DNA from: Balanoglossus misakiensis
Lineage: Eukaryota > Animalia > Hemichordata
DNA length: 64,000 bases
NCBI GenBank assembly: GCA_040954595.2
Contig: CM082592.2
Coordinates: 7,737,677-7,801,676, forward strand
Direction of reading: 5' to 3'
Positions 37,901 through 47,033 of the stretch are shown piece by piece. The stretch's first letter is position 1. Every line of letters starts with the position of its first letter. The position numbers and the translations under genes were made by a program. Under the pieces are notes generated by a model, which made no database searches, was not told the origin of the DNA, and saw only the letters and a list, made by a program, of their open reading frames with translations.

Positions 37901-40900
37901 TGCTAAAAATTGCTTACAGATTTGTGTGCACAAAATGGCAAACTGTTTTAAGAGCTTCCCAAGTTGACCCACCTTAGGTCACTTTGATCGGGGCGGTGTG
38001 TGCCAGCTATTTTCATGAGTGATTTGATCACACACACGAAAAAAAAAGAACGGGAGTTATTCAGTGTTTTCTTAATCCGAGCAAGTGATGCTTTTGTGCG
38101 GTTGAACTTGAGAGCTGTTAATCTGTGTATTGATCCAGAAAATTAAGGTGGTGGAGTGTTTGTGTGTTTGAGGGGGGAGGGGTTAATGACTAGGTCTCCG
38201 CTGACTTCGCCCGGTGACAAGCGATACCTTTTTTGCGGAGATGCGACGGGAGTCTGGGGAGATCGATGGGTCTTCCCAGAAACCACTGCTGTGGTCTTGT
38301 GTGTGCCAGTATAAGTTGGAGTAAACTATTGTTTCAAAGGGTTACTTCTCTTGTTCCTTCTTTTACTTTCCCCCTCTGACTGACCAAATTTTGCCGTTGT
38401 AGAAACCCTTTCACCCCCAGTTTCCTCTTTACAGAGGTCCAAGTTTACCATAGAAAACAATGGATTTGGACCAAACCATGGTAGAGAAAGGGTTAACGTA
38501 ATCCTCTACGATGAGATACAAAACCATCAAGGTCACCCTGGCGACAGAGACTGCTGAGATGGTGATGCCAATGTGGATATGAATAATCTACGCCACACTG
38601 CGTTTTATAATCGTCTACTGGGTTATACTATGTGTGGCATATTGTAGTGCCGTGTTACAATTACATCAGACGAGATCACCGCAGTTGGCGGGAGTGTGAT
38701 TGCAGGATGATGTCCGAACACAGCAGACAGCACTCAAGAACACTTCTGTAGTGATTCTTGAAATTGCGAGTCTTCTCTTAGAGGCTACTGCTTTTACCAT
38801 TTTTTGTGTCAAAATGATGGAGCATATGCTTTTGTTATGTAGGTATAGAATAGCTGAATAATGACAAAATTCTCAGCATGGGAAAAACTGATTTCATTAA
38901 TACAAGGAAGATATTTTTTAAAGATTTGCAAACAAATTTCTGAATGATGCATGGTTGCCTTCTGATCAATACAGACCAGTGTTGAACAAGTTGCACCATG
39001 TACTGACCCGGCAGCCAGTGAAGAATAAATAAGATTGCGAGAGCGAAAATCGATCCACGCAAGGCAGCAGAGAAAAAGCAGAACCTTGGACGGCCGATCG
39101 AATTTCAGCTCACAACACGCACATAACCCAAACTAATCTGCGGGCGCGAAAGTTTCAGGACTATTAGACAATGCGAGTCTGTGTACATCATCTCCAAGAT
39201 GGCCTCCGTAGGGAGATCTTCGCTTTCCCCCCCCGCGCGTCTGTCGGTGCTGGTTTCCAGACCATGCACAGCACTGCGTGGGGTAAACCGAAAAAAACAC
39301 ATATCCTCCCTGGAAAATTCTTCTTTTCGGGAACCGACTTGAAGATATTTTCAGCTGGTCGTGGGACTTCTGGAGAGAGGGGCAAAAAAAAACTGGGGGA
39401 GTGTGGAAACCTGGCTGGCGACAAGGGAGATCTCCCGGTCTCCGATATCATGGATATTGATGGCAAAACTGTTAGTATCAGGCGATACCTGATCCAGGTG
39501 ATGACAGCACTGGGCAAGCAGATGCCCATACCAGATTCCTATCTCGGCTGACCCCCTAAGCCAGCGGTCAATAGATCAGCCAGTGTGGGCTGGCATTTAA
39601 AAATCTGCACCACGAAGCTTTGACGGAATGTTGTGTGTGTATTAAACATCGGGGATGGGGTTTTTCACTCATGTTGCATTCAGCGAGGATGAATTTGAGA
39701 TGAGTCAGTCCTTCAGGTGATGTTGGGAATCTTCAATTCAAATGAAGTATCGCACAGGCTGTTGGTGTCTGGGCGAGTTTAAAAAACATGCATTTCATTT
39801 GAGCAATTGTGTGCAACTGGAACACAGAGGGTTATAGATTCATTTCATGAGAAATAGCCGAGCTATAATTATGTGTTATATGTTGTATAGACATCATTCT
39901 CCAATTTGATATTTCAAATTGGCAGATTGGCGAACCAAGCTTGTTTGCCGGGCTTGATTCAATCAGTCTTGTGCGAGCGAGTGTGTTGCACTCTCCAAGA
40001 GAGAGAGAGAGAACGTAATACTACTAGCGTGCCCATCCGGAGATTTGCCTATCAGCAAGATATCTAAAGTTACACAGTATCAATGTACAATATCACCCTT
40101 CCACATGAATTGGAAAATGTGGAACGGTTTAACTTCGTGTAAGTCCTGAGGAGTTGTCTCCAAGGCACAGAGAGTCCGTTCTGCCGCGGCCCCATATAAA
40201 TATTTTGAAGACCGGCAACCCCAAAATGTGAGAAAATACCAAGCAAATATTCCCAGAAGGGCCACAGCAGACGCGAGTGTGGGTCGGATCAGTGTTGAAG
40301 GCAGCACTTGCTTGCTCGCCGCAAAACGTGTGCATTCCATACAAAGTGGAACTGATCAGTCTTTATATACTCTCCTGTCTTTGAGCTCTGCTTCCAAATT
40401 TCCCCGCCATCTGTCTCAGCTGATAGCGCCTCGCATGATAGATGCAACTCTGCCCTTTTCACTAGTCAGTTTCCATGACAACCAAGCCGACTCAATTAAA
40501 AAGTAATACACAGCTTCGCAGATCCTTTCTGGTCGTGCATATTTGAAACGCAAACCAGACCCCGTTGTAAGCATGCACTGAGAGGGCCAGGAGCGAACAT
40601 TATGAAATAATGATTCGGGCTCAGATTTTTTTTTATCTGATTAAAGTGCCGTGGACTGAGAAATGTGATTTCGGCGGAGGGGACACAGATTTGTATGGAA
40701 CATTTACATCTTAATTTGTAAGCGGCTGTGTCGCGCGGACTGGTTTAACATTCTGAACCATATTGGTGGCGTGCCCAAAACGGCATAAGGTGATTAGCGA
40801 GGCAAAGATCTGTCTGCACTGGCTGCCACTGCAGTATCCCTGACAGAAAACGCAATTTGCATCGAATGTATGGTCTGGCGGAGATTTTCATTATCCGCAC

Positions 40901-43900
40901 AGAAAACCTCCATGCATGATAACACAAATCTTCAGTTGAAATATGCAAAAATTCTGGAGCGTGTTATTGAAACTATTCACGGTGTAATGGAACATTCGTG
41001 CCAATGTATGGTTGTTGCTGGTTGATAATTCAGAGCCTGGGCACATTTTTCCCCAGACAAATATATCAGCCAAATTATGCAAGTTAATCATATCATGCCA
41101 GTAGTTAAAAAATATACTGTTTTATTTTGTAGTTTTCTGGTTCACGCTTTTGTGGTACTGTTTTGCGCTGTTTCCAAATGAGGCATTTTTCTGGCCCCAG
41201 GTTGTAAAATACTTCAGAATGGTAAAATTTCTGAAAATTTACAAGACAGAAATTCTGGGGCTTTGAATAATGTCATAGCCGCAGGTGCCAACAAGCAAGC
41301 AGCATTGCATTGTGGGAAGAACGTTATTTTTAATCAGGGTGACAGGGAAAGTGGTGTTGATGTGTGTTACTTGGATGTTCACCGCGATGTTTCTTGTTGA
41401 ATGATAATAATTTTGAATTTTCTGTCTTTTCCACCCTCAGCACCACAACTGTGTGTGAATTTGAATTTGAAGTTGAGAACATGACATCCGTGGGTCAAGG
41501 GTTGCCACACGTCAGTTGGAGAATTGACTACAGAGTGAATGACAGGGAAGGAGAAGAAGATGTTACCATCAGAACGAGCACTCTGTTTTCTGTCAATACT
41601 GGAAGAATTGAGGCTCTGGTGCCTTTGCGAAAGGTATGTTGATCAGTTGCTGTCACCCGAACAAAATTTTGTGTGTGAAGAGCGCCCTCTATCAGGCCAC
41701 TATCTAACCTACTATATGGATGTGAACTTTCGGTTGGACATAGCTGTATCATTTGAATATAACTTGGACACTTTTCGATGTCCTATTAGTTTGATTGGAT
41801 TTGGCAATTGGTATCTTGGCTCGCAGAATCTGTTTAAAAAATGAAAATGTAATTTTGGGTAATAATCTTTATTTATAGGAAAAGGACTTGGTGAACACGG
41901 CAATATTGAACGGCGTCAGAGTGTCTTTCCCGCTGAGTGTTATAAAAGTCGGCTTTGGTGGCGAAATTGAAGATGTCACCAATACAGCACGCTGTGTTTC
42001 AGTAAACCCTACTATTGTCAAGGTAATGTTTGATTTTTACTTTCCAAAAGTCTTGGTTGTTTGTCAAACTAAAAAATGGTACTTTTACCCGCTGCAAAAT
42101 CTCTAGATTTTAATAATTTTTGGAAATGATCTCTTTCACAGGCTGCTGAAGATTGCAGCATGGTCTACCTGGATGGCACGGAGGACGAGGGCACCCTCAG
42201 TGTTGAGGTCATCGTGGCGTACAGCGGTGTTACCGAGGAGATAACGTACAGCGTCTGGGTGCCTGAATTACCGCTGACCGTCACGATGACGGATGAGAAA
42301 CTCAGTCTAATCAAAAGTTGGAAAGTTCCGGAGCTGGCATGGATGAATAGGTACGTGAACTGAGCCATTGAATTGGGAAAGAGATAGATGATTGAGACAG
42401 ATTTAATTTTCCAGATTGGCGACTACAAGAAATACATATTACATGGATTGCTGTGGGGCTTAATTTTTTCATGCATTTCTGGCGGTACATGAAAACAGAG
42501 CAGGCCGGCATCATTTCTTATCTTCACTATTAAATTTGCAAATGTTTGCCAATTTATAGGATGAGTCTACTCCAAAATGTCGCCATGTTGTCCAATCAAA
42601 ATGAATGAGTTTTCAATTGTACAATTGGAAGGGTGACTATTTCTGACAGAATTTTTGTTTTAAAATCAGATTTGCCAGAAATACAGACTACAGCAACCCG
42701 ACATCTTTACTCAAAGAAGACACTGGCCACGACCACGACAGAAACTACAGGTGCCACCTCCGTTACCAGAATTCGATGGTGGATGTGTACACGCGATTCT
42801 ACTCCACGCACGAAAACTCTGACACCAAGACGTACTTATTCAACGAGTCGCTGCTGCAGAAGGTGACCGACTTGATCCAGAATCAGTTGAAAGTGTCGGA
42901 CAAAACCATCGCCAGCCTGCGCGGTCACAAAGTAGTCGGTCTTTCACCTGGCACTACCCATGTTGAGGTAAGACACAACTCTATCACCGAGGGGAATCAG
43001 TCTGGTTTTTATCACAAGTAGGATTTTATCTTCTTTTTTTGTATTAAGACGGGGCATTTTGAAGGTTCTTTTTGCTCATTTGCTGAGATAAAAATGTGGA
43101 AAGTTTCATTTTAATCAGATAATTTGTTCATCACCGTTTCAGGTATTGGCACCGTCAAGTAATGAGATCCTGGGCAGCAAAGAATTTTCTGTCGCCAGTG
43201 ATAAGGTGTCCGTCATTGACCTGCAAGTCAACCTGGTTACCGGCCTCGCCTTGACAACAAAGAAATATGCTTCCTGGGATGATGTGGTGGAAACTAAAGC
43301 TGTGGCACAGAGGGCGCTGTTTGCTGAAAGTCAGGTGTGTAGTTGATTGTTGCAATCCCCAGTACACATTAGAGCAGTCCCTGCCAGGACTGTGATATAC
43401 AGTATGTTTACCCTTTCTTAACACTGAGGTGTCCCTACTCTTTTAGATAGTGATAGATTACTAACAACATGGAGTATATCCTGTTATTGGATTGAAAGAA
43501 TATCGACAGGGCAGACTTCCTGCAAAAAAGTCGAGACAACATTTTCATGCCCTAGTTATGATAGCAATGTTGTAAATCAAGGAAAAATGAATTTCTCTGA
43601 GCTATTGTCCTGAGACGTTTTTTTTTCTCATGTTCCCATTTCTCTTGCATTACAGAAAGGTCTGATTGACATAACAGTCCTCTTTGATGACGGGAAGGCC
43701 ATGTCTCTGACCAACGGCAACTTCCTGGAGTACAGCATCGACATGAGCGGCTTCAACCACATCATCGCTCCGAGTCCCACGGATCACCCGCCGGGTCTGA
43801 TAGCGCTGGCCGAGGGCACCACCAGCGTTCTGCTGAAGCTCAAATTGCCGGAGTCTTGCCAGAAGCCGAACAAGCCCTCCTCGAACGAACTCAAAGAGAC

Positions 43901-44843
43901 GCAGTTGAACGTGATAGTCGAGTTCACACCCGACGGAGCGCGGAGTATCCTGAACAAGACCAGGAACGGGTTCGATCCCGGGATCCTGCACACGGAGCCG
44001 TATCCTTTCCCGGACGTGCAGCCTCCTGAGTCCTCTGAGGAAGACGTGAAACACCCCGGCCGGGACAACAACCCCGGAATCATTCCCATCGATAATCTGC
44101 CCATCCCCAATGTCGAGTACGACCCCAGCGACGATGAGGATTACGAGCCATCCCACCCGAGCACTCTGCCCAGCAGGCGGGTGGGATTGTCGGAGTTGGA
44201 AATCGGAATGTATGCGTTGCTGGGAATCTTCTGCCTGGCGATAATCGTGTTTCTGATAAACTGCATCTTGTTCGCAGCCCGCTACAAGAGCAAGAGAATC
44301 CCCAACGACGGGAGGACAGTCGCAAACGCGCACGACTGGGTGTGGCTGGGGAAGCCGCCCGATTGTGTTCAAATGGGCGATGGTCTACACGAGACAATAC
44401 CTCTAGAGGTGGCGTGTTCGCCCGACGACGGGGAGGACTCGCAGGCTGACGAGAAGGGGGCAGAGCGGGGGGAGGGGGTGGGCGGGGAACAAGGTAGCGA
44501 AAGGGGGGAAGACAGTTCTTGCGGGGATCAGGGTAACGAGGACACGCCCGGGAGTGTCCGCAGGAACCATGACTTGGAGAGCGGCTACCACAGTAAGTCG
44601 GGCTCACAAGAGATCCGAATAACAATCAATCCGGGACACTGTGAGGAGGAGGAGAGCAGCAGTGACGATAGTGACGAGGACAGCGTCACCGAAACGGTCA
44701 TTGCGAACATTGTCGATGCAGACCCGGAAGCCAAGAGGGCTGACACTAATAACCCACCAAAATCTGAGATAAACTTTGCGCCTTGTGGCAAAGCAGACAA
44801 TGTCTTGCCGTATTCAGAACACTTGAGAGAAAGCCAAGCATGA
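14130..44843 (+). CDS. TMEM132: Transmembrane protein 132 family (type I membrane protein; cohesin-like and Ig-like BIG ectodomains by family knowledge), ~1102 aa, 9 exons
   Basis: Exons 14130-14235, 23674-24511, 29548-29688, 41441-41633, 41879-42022, 42142-42350, 42670-42967, 43143-43334 and 43656-44843 join in frame (3309 nt; phases 1,2,2,0,0,2,0,0). Family motifs: VQASYGPF, LVNTAILNG, VWVPELPL, LSLIKSWKVP, CHLRYQ, the TM segment LSELEIGMYALLGIFCLAIIVFLINC, and HDWVWLG. Confidence 0.93.
23674..24511 (+). CDS. TMEM132: TMEM132 exon 2 (N-terminal domain)
   Basis: Polypyrimidine tract plus cag acceptor, 838 nt open, donor gtaagt. Confidence 0.92.
29548..29688 (+). CDS. TMEM132: TMEM132 exon 3 (RARAKKGIKF...)
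   Basis: Acceptor ctgacag, donor gtgagt; phase 2 to 2. Confidence 0.88.
31900..31996. repeat. Compound microsatellite (GC)n(AC)n(ATAC)n
   Basis: About 6 GC units, then about 34 AC units, then 4 ATAC units. Confidence 0.95.
34431..34523. mobile_element. ~90-bp MITE, complete copy (piggyBac-like TTAA ends)
   Basis: TTAA-CCCTTTCACC ... GGTGAACGGG-TTAA, i.e. terminal inverted repeats with TTAA on both sides. Inverted relative to copies 1 and 3. Confidence 0.85.
38404..38496. mobile_element. ~90-bp TTAA MITE, copy 3
   Basis: AACCCTTTCACCCCCAGTTTCC...ACCATAGAAAACAATGG...GAAAGGGTTAA. Confidence 0.8.
41441..41633 (+). CDS. TMEM132: TMEM132 exon 4
   Basis: Acceptor cctcag, donor gtatgt; TTTVCEFEFEV...LVPLRK. 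Confidence 0.9.
41879..42022 (+). CDS. TMEM132: TMEM132 exon 5 (EKDLVNTAILNG...)
   Basis: 144 nt, acceptor ttatag, donor gtaatg. Confidence 0.93.
42142..42350 (+). CDS. TMEM132: TMEM132 exon 6 (AAEDCSMVYLDGTE...VWVPELPL...WKVP)
   Basis: Acceptor tcacag, donor gtacgt. Confidence 0.93.
42670..42967 (+). CDS. TMEM132: TMEM132 exon 7 (...CHLRYQNSMVDVYTRF...)
   Basis: Acceptor aatcag, donor gtaaga. Confidence 0.9.
43143..43334 (+). CDS. TMEM132: TMEM132 exon 8
   Basis: 192 nt, acceptor tttcag, donor gtgtgt. Confidence 0.92.
43656..44843 (+). CDS. TMEM132: TMEM132 exon 9 (last ectodomain part, TM helix, acidic cytoplasmic tail)
   Basis: Acceptor ttacag, 1188 nt open to TGA; contains LEIGMYALLGIFCLAIIVFLINC and HDWVWLG. 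Confidence 0.96.
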   Translation, partial: KGLIDITVLFDDGKAMSLTNGNFLEYSIDMSGFNHIIAPSPTDHPPGLIALAEGTTSVLLKLKLPESCQKPNKPSSNELKETQLNVIVEFTPDGARSILNKTRNGFDPGILHTEPYPFPDVQPPESSEEDVKHPGRDNNPGIIPIDNLPIPNVEYDPSDDEDYEPSHPSTLPSRRVGLSELEIGMYALLGIFCLAIIVFLINCILFAARYKSKRIPNDGRTVANAHDWVWLGKPPDCVQMGDGLHETIPLEVACSPDDGEDSQADEKGAERGEGVGGEQGSERGEDSSCGDQGNEDTPGSVRRNHDLESGYHSKSGSQEIRITINPGHCEEEESSSDDSDEDSVTETVIANIVDADPEAKRADTNNPPKSEINFAPCGKADNVLPYSEHLRESQA

Positions 44844-46300
44844 TGATGGCGTTTCCCACCTGGTTGTAGAAATCATCAAGAATAGAAGAAAAAATTTAAA
44901 GTTATGATGAATGTAAAAAAAACGATGGACTGTCAGTCAGAAGGGTTTTTAATTTGTGTGAATTAGACAAAGTCTATTCACCAAGTGACTTCATACACTT
45001 GACCTCAAAGAGGTTATAAGCACTTACGGTGTCAAAGAGAGATACAAGGCTGCTGCTTGTACATAAAGCGGTGAAATTTTTTTTACTGGATGTATTCTGA
45101 TATCAGAGTCAGACTTGCCATCATAAATGCAGCCCATCATCTCTGTAAAATACTGGAGATCGATACCGGGCCCTGACTGAGATCCCTAACCCTACCGACC
45201 TGCGGTAGTCTGTTGTGATTTGGCAGAATTTGCCATATTTACAAATAGAATCCTTGGCGAAAAGAAGAGGATCAGAACATCTCCAGGACAGCCAAGCAGT
45301 GACGAAGGACTGCATTTTTGATGTGCGAAAAATAAAGTTGCTGTGTCTTGATAATAGGATGCATAGCGAGGAATTGCACGCATTGTCCAAACTCACACAG
45401 ACGAAGTCTGTCTGATTGTGTTCTGGTGTGTAAAAAAATTACTGTGAAGTAAGCTGTATATACACAGAGGCTGCCTTATTATGTTGTGCGCATGTGGGTC
45501 GTGACCCAGAGTTCCGTGAAAGGCTTGTGATACCAGGAAAATGTGCCAAACCACAGAATAGGTAAATTTCATCACACAATGTAACCCTGTCAATAGCACA
45601 TTTTCCATGTTTTGTTTTTCAATGCTTGTGTAGTTATAAAATAACAAAGCTCTCAGACTATCAAAAACTTTTAAAAAAAACTTCCTACCATTCAATCATA
45701 CCAGAATATGTATATCTGGTAGCCATCGTGTATTTATTGCGTTTGAAGAAGTAAAAATAAATCATCCCCCTCCCCCTCCAGACTGTTCTAGCTTATCCAT
45801 GACAAATTTAAAGAAACTTCAAAAGAATGAGTCTGGAATGGTTATCTCGTCACTTCCTGTCTTCTGACTGACAGCTCATATGTAAATCTGTACAGTTTCT
45901 GGTCCACATTGAATAATTTTTAGACAAAAGATGTAGCTGGTTATTTCTTTAAAAAAATAGATGGAGATTTTTAATTGTATTTATATATTGTGCTATTTAA
46001 TGATGTGAATACGCTGTTTATCTACAGTTGACCTTTTATTCTAGACTATATTTGTGTTCAGCCAGTCCTGATCTCAAGAGTATCTATCCATTGTCCTCTT
46101 TCAGAAACCAACCTTTTGTATATTATTGCTCTTTCCTCTATCTTTATCCTGTTATCTTGTCTTTGTCAGGGGTTGGGGCCAGAGTCATCGGCCCCACACC
46201 CCTCTCTCAACCCCCACCCTGATCTAGACGTGACAATTTGCTTGTCAATTTGAAAATTGTAAATGAATGTTCAAACATGACTTATGGGCTCTTTTATGTC

Positions 46301-46306
46301 AATAAA
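46301..46306 (+). terminator. Candidate TMEM132 polyadenylation signal
   Basis: AATAAA followed by U/GU-rich sequence ~1.45 kb after the stop; earlier AATAAA hexamers also occur in the UTR. Confidence 0.45.
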
Positions 46307-46400
46307 AATGCAGTTTGTTCAAAAGTTACATTTCTGTCATTTTTCCTTACTTGTGTATTCTTGATTCCATGAGACCAAATTGTGAAGGAAATATCTCCTC

Positions 46401-46417
46401 TGGACGAAGAGGGCGCT
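46401..46417 (+). promoter_or_regulatory. CTCF-like motif between convergent TMEM132 and TANGO2 3' ends
   Basis: TGGACGAAGAGGGCGCT. Confidence 0.45.
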
Positions 46418-46556
46418 CTTTCGGAACAAACGACAACCTTTATTCTTTTTTCAGCATCTGATTGTTTTGAGAGAAAACAACTTATCCTGGAAACGAGATT
46501 CCATCGCCATGATGTAGAAAGATAACCAGCAATACATTGATTCTTTGCAGGTTTCA

Positions 46557-46562
46557 TTTATT
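46557..46562 (-). terminator. Candidate TANGO2 polyadenylation signal
   Basis: TTTATT on the plus strand (AATAAA on minus), ~310 nt after the stop. Confidence 0.45.
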
Positions 46563-46873
46563 GATTCAATGAGTATATTGATATAACATTTCTACTCAAA
46601 AACATTTAAAATTCACCCAATACCTGAGTTTGCAAATGGAAGTTACATTTAACTTTAAACTTTTTGTTCCTTGCCATTGTATGAGGAATTCCTCATCACC
46701 TGCATGCTATAAATTACAGAATCCTGATATTTTTGATGAGTACATGTACTCTTGACTGGTAAAAAAACACAAACAAGCACATCAGTGAAATATTGCAACA
46801 TCTCTCATGGCTCTGACATCACTGTCAACCAATCAGATTTCTCGTCTCATCAGGACTCCCACATTCCTGCTTA

Positions 46874-47033
46874 TTAAAGAGCCGAAGCGACTGGGTTTTG
46901 AGTTTCTAAACTGAAGTTGTAGGAATTGGTGATCCACTTAAATTTATCTGCGTCCATCGGAACAGGCTGGTCGAGGGTCTTTTCAAAATACGAGACTTCG
47001 TTCTTGTCGTCAATCAGTATCATTGTGTGTGTC
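46874..47033 (-). CDS. TANGO2: TANGO2 last coding exon (THTMILID...ASAL*)
   Basis: Acceptor cag, stop TAA. Confidence 0.93.

Noticed and set aside
43650-44625. Long antisense ORFs (240, 181 and 108 aa) over TMEM132 exon 9
   Set aside because: They are shadows of GC3-rich sense codons, with no recognisable protein features
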